DNA from: Candidatus Babeliales bacterium
Lineage (GTDB): Bacteria; Babelota; Babeliae; Babelales; JACPOV01
Length of the DNA stretch: 64,000 nucleotides
Direction: 5' to 3'
NCBI GenBank assembly: GCA_050250855.1
Contig: JBFWNW010000003.1
Location: 96,001-160,000 of the forward strand
Positions 29,152-38,273 of the stretch are shown piece by piece. The stretch's first letter is position 1. The number at the start of each line of letters is the position of its first letter. The position numbers and the translations under genes are program-made. The notes beneath the pieces are model-generated. The model saw nothing but the letters and a program-made list of their open reading frames with translations, ran no database searches and was not told where the DNA came from.

Positions 29152-30564
29152 TTACCAAACTTCGCTCACCATTCTGCTCAGTTCGCTACGTTCACTGCTT
29201 TCTAGGAACACGGTGCCAAACAGTCTTTGTCCTTTAAATTTGTTACTGGCAACAATTAATCCGTTACTACTAAAATCAAGATACGGTGAATCAATTTGGT
29301 AAGGATCTCCTGCTAAAATTATTTTACTCCCCTCACCAACACGTGAAATTAAGGTCTTAACTTCATGTGGCGTTAAGTTCTGTACTTCATCAATTAAAAT
29401 AAATTGATAAGGAATAGAACGACCACGCATATAGGTAATTGCTTCTAAACTTATTTTTCCTTTTTTAATAAGATCTGCTACCGGATCCATTTTGCGATCT
29501 TGATGATGATGTTCTTTGCCTTTCTTTTTGCGCGATCCTCGGTGTCCTTCATACCGTTCTTCATGCCGTTGCGTTTCATAGGCAGAAGCATCGCGACGAC
29601 CAACATTAATAGCATGCGCAATAAATTCCATATTATCGTATACTGGCTGCATCCAACTATGTAACTTCTCTTCTATGGTACCGGGCAGATAACCAATATC
29701 AGGACCTAAAGGAATTACCGGACGAGAAATTAACATTTTTTCAAACGTCTCGCTTACTAATACTTGATACATACCGGCCAAAAGAGCCAGGAATGTTTTA
29801 CCCGTACCAGCTGGTCCAATTAAATTAATAAGTTGAATTGAATCATCAAATAAAAGATTCAGCGCCATGAGCTGCTGAGGATTTTTTGCCTCAAGCGGCC
29901 ATTTAATGGCAGGTGCAACAACTGCTATAAACTTTTTGTTGCCAGCATAGCGAAACACTTTGTAATTATAAGGATTGTTCCTGCTTGAAACCCATACAAA
30001 TTCATTAAGCGTCATTTCTCGCTCTTCCACTAAGTCTTGCAGCTCGGGAGGAAATTCACTTTTTAATGAATTAGCGGGTACTTGTACGTGAATCCATCCT
30101 TGATAAAACCGCTCGGGCGTAACATGACCTTTTAAATAATCTTGTGATGCTATGCCTAACGCATCTGCTTTTACGCGAGCATTTAAATCTTTTGAAATAA
30201 ATTGGACATCTTGTCCTCGGTTCTTTAAATCCAGCGCTGATAATAAAATTAAATTATCTGCCAAATTTAAACTTAACGAAATAGGAAGCTCGTGTTTTTT
30301 TTCTGGTAAAAAAACAACTTTTACAATCGACCCATTATCAAGTTTTACTCCTTCTCGTAATGAGCCTCGTGCTCGTAATGCATCAAGATGACGAATTGTT
30401 TGACGTGCATTATGTCCCCGATCTGTCGTTTCACCTTTAAACGTATCAAGCTCTTCAAGAACCATGATAGGAATTCCTATGGTAGCTCCCTTAAAGCTAA
30501 AAAGTGCTTCAGGATCGTGAATTAATACGTTAGTATCTAATAAATATATGCGATTTCCAGCCAT
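29152..30564 (-). CDS. PIN-PhoH family ATPase (PhoH2/YlaK-like)
   Basis: LLDTNVLIHDP PIN motif; GPAGTGKT, IGYLPG, YMRGRS and DEVQNLT; probable ATG at 30564. Confidence 0.93.
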   Translation of the reverse strand: MAGNRIYLLDTNVLIHDPEALFSFKGATIGIPIMVLEELDTFKGETTDRGHNARQTIRHLDALRARGSLREGVKLDNGSIVKVVFLPEKKHELPISLSLNLADNLILLSALDLKNRGQDVQFISKDLNARVKADALGIASQDYLKGHVTPERFYQGWIHVQVPANSLKSEFPPELQDLVEEREMTLNEFVWVSSRNNPYNYKVFRYAGNKKFIAVVAPAIKWPLEAKNPQQLMALNLLFDDSIQLINLIGPAGTGKTFLALLAGMYQVLVSETFEKMLISRPVIPLGPDIGYLPGTIEEKLHSWMQPVYDNMEFIAHAINVGRRDASAYETQRHEERYEGHRGSRKKKGKEHHHQDRKMDPVADLIKKGKISLEAITYMRGRSIPYQFILIDEVQNLTPHEVKTLISRVGEGSKIILAGDPYQIDSPYLDFSSNGLIVASNKFKGQRLFGTVFLESSERSELSRMVSEVW

Positions 30565-30764
30565 ATGCTCCCTCACGTTACTCAAACCTTTTTTATTGTT
30601 TCTTCCACCCTTGGTATACTAAACCAAATTTTTTCGTTGCAACAGATAACTTATTTATACCAAAAAAGGTGCTTTGTAGCACTATAAAAAAACTCTTTTT
30701 TGCGCTATACTACGTCTAGTGAAACACCGTGTACGATAGTATCCACGATAATAAGGAATAAATC

Positions 30765-32468
30765 ATGCATACAAAAAAAGAGTTAGAAACATTACGTCAT
30801 TCAGCAGCCCATTTACTTGCACAAGCTGTACTCGAACTTTATCCTTCTACTCTTTTGACCATCGGGCCGGCGACCCAAGAAGGATTTTTTTATGATTTTT
30901 TACCTGAAAAAAATTTCAAGGAAGAAGATCTTCCTCTATTAGAAGCTAAGATGCTTGAACTTGCTGAAAAAAATTATCCCATTACCCACAAAGAAATTTC
31001 TAAAAAAGAGGCACGCAAAATATTTGCTGGCAATAAATTTAAAGAAGAGCTTATTGACCTTATACCAGGAGACACCGTTGGTCTTTCTGAGCAAGGACCT
31101 TTTAAAGATCTTTGTAAAGGTGGCCACGTAGCATCAACAGGGCAACTCAAACATATAAAATTATTAGGAATATCAGGTTCCTACTGGCGTGCAGATAAAA
31201 ACAAAGACCAATTACAGCGCATATCGGGTACCGCATTCTTTACCCAACAAGAGCTTGAGGATTATTTAAAACATAAAGAAGAAGCAGCTCAGTATGATCA
31301 TCGCAGACTTGGCAAAATGCTTGATCTCTTTTCGTTTCATCAAGAAGGTCCTGGGTTCCCTTTCTTTCACCCCAAGGGTAAACTGGTTATTAATCTTCTT
31401 ATTGCTTATTTAAGAACATTACAAACTAAGCTCGGCTATCAAGAAATAGAAACGCCTCTGTTATTAACCGATCAACTGTGGCGCCAATCTGGCCATTATG
31501 ATCACTATAAAGATAATATGTATTTTCTTGATATTGAAGGCGAGCCATTTGCCCTCAAGCCAATGAACTGCCCTGGAGCTTTCGTTTTATACAATGAACG
31601 TCCTCATTCGTATCGCGAGCTGCCGTTACGCTTAGCAGAATTTGGCAAAGTTCACCGTCATGAGCTCTCTGGCGTTTTACATGGCCTTATGCGCGTGCGC
31701 AGCTTTACCATTGATGATGCTCACCTTATCTGTACATTAGATCAGCTTGAACAAGAAATTAAAAATACTATACAGCTTGCCTATGAGGTATATAAACATT
31801 TTGGCTTTGAAAAAATAAAGGTAGCACTCTCAACTAAACCTGAAAATGCTATGGGCTCAGATAAGGAATGGCAAAAAGCCCAGCAGGCACTCAAAAACGC
31901 CCTTGATGCAAGCAATATACCCTATACTATCCAGGAAGGAGAAGGCGCTTTCTATGGCCCTAAAATTGAGTTTAAAATACTTGATTCTATGGGGCGAGAA
32001 TGGCAATGCGGCACTATCCAGGTAGATTTCTTCTTGCCAGAACGCTTTAACCTGGAATATGTAGCCTCTAGTGGCAAAAAAGAACGCCCTGTTGTTGTTC
32101 ATCGCGCTATTTACGGGTCTTTAGAGCGCTTCCTTGCTATTATCTTGGAACACTTTAAGGGGAAATTGCCCTTCTGGCTTGCCCCCGTTCAGGTGAAAAT
32201 CCTTACCATAACGGACGATCAAAAGCCGTATGCACAAGCAGTTCTAGACTTTTTACACCAGCATAATGTTCGAGCGATCATGGATGAAAGTTCAGACCAA
32301 ATTTCAGCAAAAATAAAGACTGCGCAGCTTGAATATGTGCCATGGATGGTAGTTATTGGCAAAAAAGAACAAGAAAACAATACCGTGACCATTCGTTATC
32401 TTGATGGAAAGCAAGAATTTGGGCTCTCCCTTGAGGAGCTTTTGGCAAAACTTGAAAAAAATCGATAG
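30765..32468 (+). CDS. thrS: Threonine--tRNA ligase (no N-terminal TGS domain)
   Basis: RHSAAHL, DLCKGGH, KPMNCP, WQCGTIQVD and HRAIYGSLERF motifs. Confidence 0.98.
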   Translation: MHTKKELETLRHSAAHLLAQAVLELYPSTLLTIGPATQEGFFYDFLPEKNFKEEDLPLLEAKMLELAEKNYPITHKEISKKEARKIFAGNKFKEELIDLIPGDTVGLSEQGPFKDLCKGGHVASTGQLKHIKLLGISGSYWRADKNKDQLQRISGTAFFTQQELEDYLKHKEEAAQYDHRRLGKMLDLFSFHQEGPGFPFFHPKGKLVINLLIAYLRTLQTKLGYQEIETPLLLTDQLWRQSGHYDHYKDNMYFLDIEGEPFALKPMNCPGAFVLYNERPHSYRELPLRLAEFGKVHRHELSGVLHGLMRVRSFTIDDAHLICTLDQLEQEIKNTIQLAYEVYKHFGFEKIKVALSTKPENAMGSDKEWQKAQQALKNALDASNIPYTIQEGEGAFYGPKIEFKILDSMGREWQCGTIQVDFFLPERFNLEYVASSGKKERPVVVHRAIYGSLERFLAIILEHFKGKLPFWLAPVQVKILTITDDQKPYAQAVLDFLHQHNVRAIMDESSDQISAKIKTAQLEYVPWMVVIGKKEQENNTVTIRYLDGKQEFGLSLEELLAKLEKNR

Positions 32469-32532
32469 AATTTTTATCAAAATTGAGTTTTTTTGCTAAA
32501 ATTTTAAAAAAAAATTATATAGCAGCAAATAT

Positions 32533-32576
32533 GGCCCCAAATATGGGATTTAAACCTGTATTTGGGGCCCCTTTTT
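32533..32576 (+). terminator. Terminator after thrS
   Basis: GGCCCCAAATATGGG...CCTGTATTTGGGGCC plus T-run. Confidence 0.7.
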
Positions 32577-32719
32577 ATGTGCAAAGAATCAATAATGAGC
32601 ATAATTTTTTTAAAAAAAATAAAAAATGTTGCATATTTTATTGACTTTGCAAAATTATAATCGGTATCCTGAAATTAAGTAGTAGTGAAATTTGTTCATC
32701 CTTAAAAAGGAGAAAGACG

Positions 32720-32884
32720 ATGGCAAAGAAAAGAAAGACAGCTAAAAAAGCTGTAGCAAAACGTAAAACTGCTAAGCGTAAAACTGCAAAACGTAAAGTT
32801 GCTAAAAAAGCTACTAAGCGTAAAACTGCAAAACGCAAAACAGCAAAACGTAAAGTTGCTAAAAAAGCTGCTAAAAGAAAGTAA
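32720..32884 (+). CDS. Small basic histone H1-like protein (HctB/Hc2-like pentapeptide repeats)
   Basis: AGGAG RBS; MAKKRKTAKKAVAKRKTAKRKTAKRKVAKKATKRKTAKRKTAKRKVAKKAAKRK* (54 aa, 31 K/R); downstream terminator; missing from the ORF track. Confidence 0.85.
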   Translation: MAKKRKTAKKAVAKRKTAKRKTAKRKVAKKATKRKTAKRKTAKRKVAKKAAKRK

Positions 32885-32900
32885 GCTTTTTTCACAAGCT

Positions 32901-32936
32901 AAAAAACGCTGTGTACTCAGTATACAGCGTTTTTTT
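32901..32936. terminator. Bidirectional terminator
   Basis: AAAAAACGCTGTGTACT-C-AGTATACAGCGTTTTTT. Confidence 0.8.
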
Positions 32937-33615
32937 ATGCTCTTTTTTTAACACCTACTCTCTGGCATTCATCGTAAATGGCGCAGCGTGAACAGGCTGG
33001 TACCACAGGAAGGCACACATTTTGCCCCCACATGACCAGTAAACGGTTCCATTCGGACCAGTATTCCTTGGGAAGTATCTTTTCTAGGGCTTTTTCTGTC
33101 TGCTCAGGCGTTTTTGTCTTTACCAAGCCTAGCCTATTAGAGATACGGTGAACATGGGTATCCACACAAATGGCAGGAATGCCATAGCTTTCAGCTAATA
33201 CCAAGCTTGCTGTTTTTGGCCCCACGCCAGGCAAAGAAAGCAGTTCTTCTCGTGTCCTTGGCACTTTACCGCCAAAATGTTCTAGGAGTTCCTCACTTAC
33301 TATTTTAAGACCGAGGGCTTTTTTGCGATAAAATCCGAGCTTATAAAGAATTTTTTCAAGATCTTTTAAAGGAATAGCAAGAATTTGCTGAGGTGTTTTT
33401 GCATGAGAAAAAAGATTCTGACAAACCGGTAAGGTCACGGTATCCTTGGCGCGTAAACTTAAAAGACAGCTTACTAAAACAAGAAAAGGATCGTTGCCAT
33501 ACTGGTCTATAATAGAAGAAACCATAGGTTTCACAAATGATTTTGTATTTTTTTTCAAAATAGCAATTATCTTAACAGCTCGCTCGCGCTGTCGCAAAAC
33601 CCATGGTTCTATCAT
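32935..33615 (-). CDS. nth: Endonuclease III
   Basis: HhH motif LPGVGPKTA, VDTHVHRISNRLG, and Fe-S motif C-x6-C-x2-C-x5-C. Confidence 0.95.
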   Translation of the reverse strand: MIEPWVLRQRERAVKIIAILKKNTKSFVKPMVSSIIDQYGNDPFLVLVSCLLSLRAKDTVTLPVCQNLFSHAKTPQQILAIPLKDLEKILYKLGFYRKKALGLKIVSEELLEHFGGKVPRTREELLSLPGVGPKTASLVLAESYGIPAICVDTHVHRISNRLGLVKTKTPEQTEKALEKILPKEYWSEWNRLLVMWGQNVCLPVVPACSRCAIYDECQRVGVKKRA

Positions 33616-33679
33616 ATACTCATTACTAACATTAGCTCCAGTTTGAAGAAAGAACTAATTTATGCTAAGATTTTAAATA

Positions 33680-33763
33680 TTAGCATGCAGGAGGAAATTC
33701 GGCTGCAATAAGTATAACAACCAAAATAACCTTACTTAATTTTTTGAAAAAATTAATGTTCAT
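33680..33763 (-). CDS. Small peptide (27 aa), putative signalling-peptide precursor
   Basis: AAGGAGG 6 nt before the ATG; MNINFFKKLSKVILVVILIAAEFPPAC*; divergent from the membrane regulator gene. Confidence 0.6.
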   Translation of the reverse strand: MNINFFKKLSKVILVVILIAAEFPPAC

Positions 33764-33842
33764 AAACAGCCTCCTTGTAAGGATGAAGTAAAATTAACCT
33801 GAAATAAGTATACCGATACACCAATTTAAATTCAAGAGAATA

Positions 33843-36566
33843 ATGCTTAATGTATTAGATTTTTTTCAAAATATCATAAATGGACTGCCACTCTTATTTA
33901 TTGTTCAATCAGTTTCTCTTTTTTTAAAAACTAGTCTTTTATTGATTGTTATTTTTAATGGATTACGATCACCAAAATTACAAAGGCCTTGGTTCTTTTT
34001 GCTAATTATTTTAATTGGTTCTATTTTTTCTAGTATCGCATGGATAGCTTCTATTGCTCAAAAAAAATTTCTAACTTCTGTCGATTACAGATTTATTCTT
34101 TTTATAATTCGTATATCTTGGGCCATAACCATGCTTCAGTATCAATCTCTTGCATTTTTTATGGAAAGTTTAATAGAAAAAGACTATACAATACCCAAAT
34201 ATCAAAAATTATTTACCCTGATTAGTCTTTCAATGTTTTCTATGTACTTATATTTAGCTTTCTTTAAATTTAGTTCTTCAACAATTAGACCTCCTATAGA
34301 ATATACTTTGCTTAATATAAGTTCAGCTTATGCCCTTATTCCTGTAATAATAAGCTTATTCATAGCTCTAAAAAAAATGCGCCAAAAAGGCAGGAACTTA
34401 CCTAAAATTTTAAAAAAACAGGCAAAAGTACTTATTCAAGGTTTTTTAGCGCCCACATTAATCCTTGATTTTCTACAGGTTTATCCTTTTAACTTCGTCC
34501 CGTCACTCATAGCAAGTAACTACGCTGTTGTAACCGTCTCAACTGGCCTTTTAACGTTTGCTTTCTATTTTTGTGCGCGTAAAATGATGGGATTACGCTT
34601 CTTGAATTTTAATAATCACGTACAATCGCCAAAAACTTATAATTTTATAGACGATTTTAAAGATGTTCTTGAACAACTTGGTCATGTAAGCAGTACAAAA
34701 GAGCTCAGCCACATTAGCCAGGCCTTTTTTAAAGGCGCGTTTAACATTCAACCAAGCAGAGTTAGCTTGTATATCAGAAAGCTTCAAGCTACAGAAAATG
34801 ATCAGACATCTGAAAGCGAACAGCTACCAAGTTCTTCAATAGAAACTGTTGTAGAAGCATTTATCAGCAGGCATGAATCGTGCAACATTGCTCCCTTCTT
34901 GCGCCAAACAAAAATTTTAATTACTGATGAGATAGCATTTAGTAATTTTTATGATGAAACAAGCATAACAAAAGAAGTTTTACAGTTTTTATATGATATT
35001 AATGCGGATATCTTTTTACCTATTTATGAAAAAAATACTATCATCGCTTATATTCTTATAGAGCGTGATGCACGCATTAATGAATTTTACAGTAATCTAG
35101 AGCGTGATGAAATGGTGGTATTTGCAAGTTACCTTGCCAATATTATTAACCTTCTCCAGAATAAAAATGTTCACATCATTATTCAAAAAGATAAAGAACT
35201 GCGCGAAGAGCTGTATCGTAAACATCAAGAAATTAATCAGTATAAAGAAAGTATACGCTCCTTTTTACATGATTCCAAGCAGCGCCAGATTGGTATTTTA
35301 TTTTATAAAAATCGCCGTTTCCATTACGGCAATCAAGCAGCTAAAGAGCTTATAAAAATAAATCTTCACACGCAAGAAGGACATCCTCTTTCTAAATCGT
35401 TGTATCAACTTGCGCATCAAGTGGACGACTATAAAGTAAGCCAAACTCATTTTGCAAAAGATATCCACGGCAATCGCTTGGTTATTGCTGGTATTCCTAA
35501 TCTTGAAAAAAATAACGTTATTATTGCCGTCTACTATCCTGAAGTTTCTGACATTATAAAAAATCAAATTGAACATTTAAAAGATCCGAGCGAGTGGGAC
35601 TATTTGCTTTACCTAGAAACAACACAATCTGGCAAACTTATCAAACAACTTATTCCCGGCTCTGGCGAACAACTTCTTAACTTTAAAATTGAACTTTTAA
35701 AAACTTCATTAAGCAAAAAAGCCCTGCTGCTTGAAGTTCCTGATGAAGATTTTTCATCTATCGTTGAACTTTTACATCACATAAGTTTGCGCGAAAAATT
35801 GCACACCCTCAAATTATCGTCTCATGAAAAAAACTTTGAAACGGCCATTAAACTCTTTGGCATTAATAGCATTTATGGCATCAATCAAGAGCAAGCAATT
35901 CTTGAAAAATTGAATAATATTGGCACACTCTGCATACAAAATATTCATTTCCTTGATCTTGAAACGCAGCACTACTTGGCAGAATTCATTCGTTATGGTT
36001 TTTACAGAGTGTTTAAAAGTGATCAAAAAGTTATTAGTAATGTACGCATTATTTGTTCAACAAACCAAAACTTGCAAACGTTGGTACAAGAAGGTAAGTT
36101 TTCTCGCGCTTTATATAATGAGCTGAATCAAACAACCCTTGCAATGCCACCACTTATTTCATTGCCAAAAGAAGAATTAAGCAATTTGGCAGAAGGTTAC
36201 ACGGAACAGGCAGTCCAAAGCCAAGCATTTACTAATTTACTGGCTTTAACAGAAAAAGAAAAAACAAGACTCATTAATTCATGCCCGGTCAGTTTGCAAG
36301 AGTTTAAAACAAAAGTACAACAAATGCTGGTTAAAAAATCGCAGAAAAATAATATTTATGAAGAAACTCTGTTTGATCCTGCATATAATGTAACTGATCC
36401 AGAATTAGTACAAGCAGCGCGCTTAGGCAAAAAGGCACTTAAAGATCCAAAAACTTTAGCTCTTTTAATGGATAAATTTAAAAATCAAAACAAAATTGCA
36501 AAATTCTTGGGTGTTAATCGTTCTTCTGTTAACCGCCGTTGTAAAGATTATAATATTAGTGAATAA
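33843..36566 (+). CDS. Membrane-bound regulator: ~7TM domain, GAF/PAS-like region, degenerate sigma54-activator-like AAA+ domain, Fis-type HTH
   Basis: About 250 hydrophobic N-terminal residues; VRIICSTNQNLQTLVQEGKFSRALY (cf. VRIIAATNRDL...G.FR.DLY); C-terminal NQNKIAKFLGVNRSSVNRR. Confidence 0.8.
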   Translation: MLNVLDFFQNIINGLPLLFIVQSVSLFLKTSLLLIVIFNGLRSPKLQRPWFFLLIILIGSIFSSIAWIASIAQKKFLTSVDYRFILFIIRISWAITMLQYQSLAFFMESLIEKDYTIPKYQKLFTLISLSMFSMYLYLAFFKFSSSTIRPPIEYTLLNISSAYALIPVIISLFIALKKMRQKGRNLPKILKKQAKVLIQGFLAPTLILDFLQVYPFNFVPSLIASNYAVVTVSTGLLTFAFYFCARKMMGLRFLNFNNHVQSPKTYNFIDDFKDVLEQLGHVSSTKELSHISQAFFKGAFNIQPSRVSLYIRKLQATENDQTSESEQLPSSSIETVVEAFISRHESCNIAPFLRQTKILITDEIAFSNFYDETSITKEVLQFLYDINADIFLPIYEKNTIIAYILIERDARINEFYSNLERDEMVVFASYLANIINLLQNKNVHIIIQKDKELREELYRKHQEINQYKESIRSFLHDSKQRQIGILFYKNRRFHYGNQAAKELIKINLHTQEGHPLSKSLYQLAHQVDDYKVSQTHFAKDIHGNRLVIAGIPNLEKNNVIIAVYYPEVSDIIKNQIEHLKDPSEWDYLLYLETTQSGKLIKQLIPGSGEQLLNFKIELLKTSLSKKALLLEVPDEDFSSIVELLHHISLREKLHTLKLSSHEKNFETAIKLFGINSIYGINQEQAILEKLNNIGTLCIQNIHFLDLETQHYLAEFIRYGFYRVFKSDQKVISNVRIICSTNQNLQTLVQEGKFSRALYNELNQTTLAMPPLISLPKEELSNLAEGYTEQAVQSQAFTNLLALTEKEKTRLINSCPVSLQEFKTKVQQMLVKKSQKNNIYEETLFDPAYNVTDPELVQAARLGKKALKDPKTLALLMDKFKNQNKIAKFLGVNRSSVNRRCKDYNISE

Positions 36567-36591
36567 ATTTTAATAACAAAAGGAGAACACA

Positions 36592-37260
36592 ATGTTTTTT
36601 TATATTTATTCGGCCATAGCCTGTTTACAATCTATACTTTCCTTTACGGTTTATAGAAATATGCTCAATGCACCTACAAAAAAATTATGGATCTTTCTTT
36701 CGGTTATAGCTACAGCAAACCTTCTTACTTCTACTGCCTACGCTATTCTCTTTCTAGAAACAGTTCCTCATCACCTTAAAATGCCCTTTTTTATGTTCTG
36801 CTGGGGAGTAACAATGCTTTCTTTACAATCTTTCATATTTCTGCTCGAATACATAACAAAAATACCTAACAAGCTACCTAAAATATTTTTGCCTCTTAAT
36901 GTAATGCTCAGCTTATATTTTTTTTATATAGCATTTACCAATAACTACCCTGCTCATAAAGATACTTTTTTCTTAATTGTAGGTCTTTACTTACCAAGCT
37001 CTGTTATGTTCTGGACTATTTATGGCATTAAAAGAATAGCCCTAAATAGTTATACCTCTTCACTCAAAAGAAAAATTACACATATGTTACTTTATGGAGC
37101 TTTACCTGCAGCATCTCTAGAATTCTTAATACTATTAATAAAACATATACATGTTAATAGTTTTTTATTAATAGTTATCTATGCTCTTATTAGCATTGAA
37201 CTGCTTTTTTGGGCATATACTATCTTCCTACTGCAATCAATAATAAAAGAGATTTCATAA
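36592..37260 (+). CDS. Membrane protein, stand-alone paralog of the upstream regulator's TM domain
   Basis: FCWGVTMLSLQSFIFLLEYI vs ISWAITMLQYQSLAFFMESL; KLWIFLSVIATANLL vs RPWFFLLIILIGSIF; AGGAG RBS. Confidence 0.7.
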   Translation: MFFYIYSAIACLQSILSFTVYRNMLNAPTKKLWIFLSVIATANLLTSTAYAILFLETVPHHLKMPFFMFCWGVTMLSLQSFIFLLEYITKIPNKLPKIFLPLNVMLSLYFFYIAFTNNYPAHKDTFFLIVGLYLPSSVMFWTIYGIKRIALNSYTSSLKRKITHMLLYGALPAASLEFLILLIKHIHVNSFLLIVIYALISIELLFWAYTIFLLQSIIKEIS

Positions 37261-37343
37261 ATAAATTTCATGATTAAAAAAGATAAATTCTTGAAAAAAA
37301 CCTCCTCTTGCCTTACTTTAAAAGCACACATAAGAGGAGAATT

Positions 37344-38273
37344 ATGGATTTCAAACAGTTCAAACAAAAAAAAGAAGAATTTATCACGTACCTTGATGTA
37401 GAAAAAAATCTTTCCATTAATACGCGCAGAGCATACAAAACAGATCTTGATCAATTTATTACGTTTTGGTTTGAGCATACCAATAGAAATAAGATCGAAC
37501 TTCCTTTACGCCAAATTATCGAGCGCTTCTTAGTTGCCTTGTATGCAAAAAAAATTGATAAAACATCTATTGCGCGCAAAATATCATGCTTTACTTCGTT
37601 TGCACGCTTTATGCAAGCACAAGGAGTTAAATTAACGCTCAAATTAACACGCCCGCGCCTTGATAAAAAGTTACCTATCTATTTGAGCATGGATGAAGTT
37701 TCTTATTTGCTTGATACTATAAAACCAGACGATCTTCCAAGCAAACGCCCATTCCGCGACAAAGCAATTTTTGAATTACTCTATGCAACCGGCATTCGTT
37801 GCTCAGAGCTTGTTGCCATAACGTTTGAACAAATAGATTTTATCAGTAGAACTATTAGAATTATTGGTAAGGGAAATAAAGAGCGTTTTGTGCTGTTTGG
37901 TTCAAAAGCAGAAGAATCACTAAAAAACTACCTAAAAGAAGAACGTCCTGAGCCAGATGATCGCCAAGCAAAACTGTTTTTAAATAATCGTAGCGAGCCT
38001 CTTACCGTGCGTTCTGTGCAGCGTATTTGTGAAATGTTTCGCCAGTTTTTAAAAATACGTAAAAAAATAACACCGCACAAATTGCGCCATTCGTTTGCTA
38101 CACACCTTTTAAATCAAGGGACTGATCTGCGTGTTGTGCAAGAATTGTTAGGACACAGCTCATTAAGTAGTACAGAAAAATATACGCATGTAACTACCAA
38201 ACAGTTAAGTGATATGTGCAACAGTTTGCATCCCTACAACACCATGAATACCAAGAAAGAAAATGATTCTTAA
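37344..38273 (+). CDS. xerC: Tyrosine recombinase XerC/XerD family
   Basis: ELLYATGIRCSEL, GKGNKER, TPHKLRHSFATHLL and QELLGH...TEKYT; ATG at 37344 after GAGGAG. xerC vs xerD is not distinguishable by eye. Confidence 0.85.
   Translation: MDFKQFKQKKEEFITYLDVEKNLSINTRRAYKTDLDQFITFWFEHTNRNKIELPLRQIIERFLVALYAKKIDKTSIARKISCFTSFARFMQAQGVKLTLKLTRPRLDKKLPIYLSMDEVSYLLDTIKPDDLPSKRPFRDKAIFELLYATGIRCSELVAITFEQIDFISRTIRIIGKGNKERFVLFGSKAEESLKNYLKEERPEPDDRQAKLFLNNRSEPLTVRSVQRICEMFRQFLKIRKKITPHKLRHSFATHLLNQGTDLRVVQELLGHSSLSSTEKYTHVTTKQLSDMCNSLHPYNTMNTKKENDS

Noticed and set aside
32638..32895. 85-aa minus-strand ORF with LRFAV repeats
   Set aside because: Antisense shadow of the plus-strand Lys/Arg-rich gene, which has the RBS and terminator.
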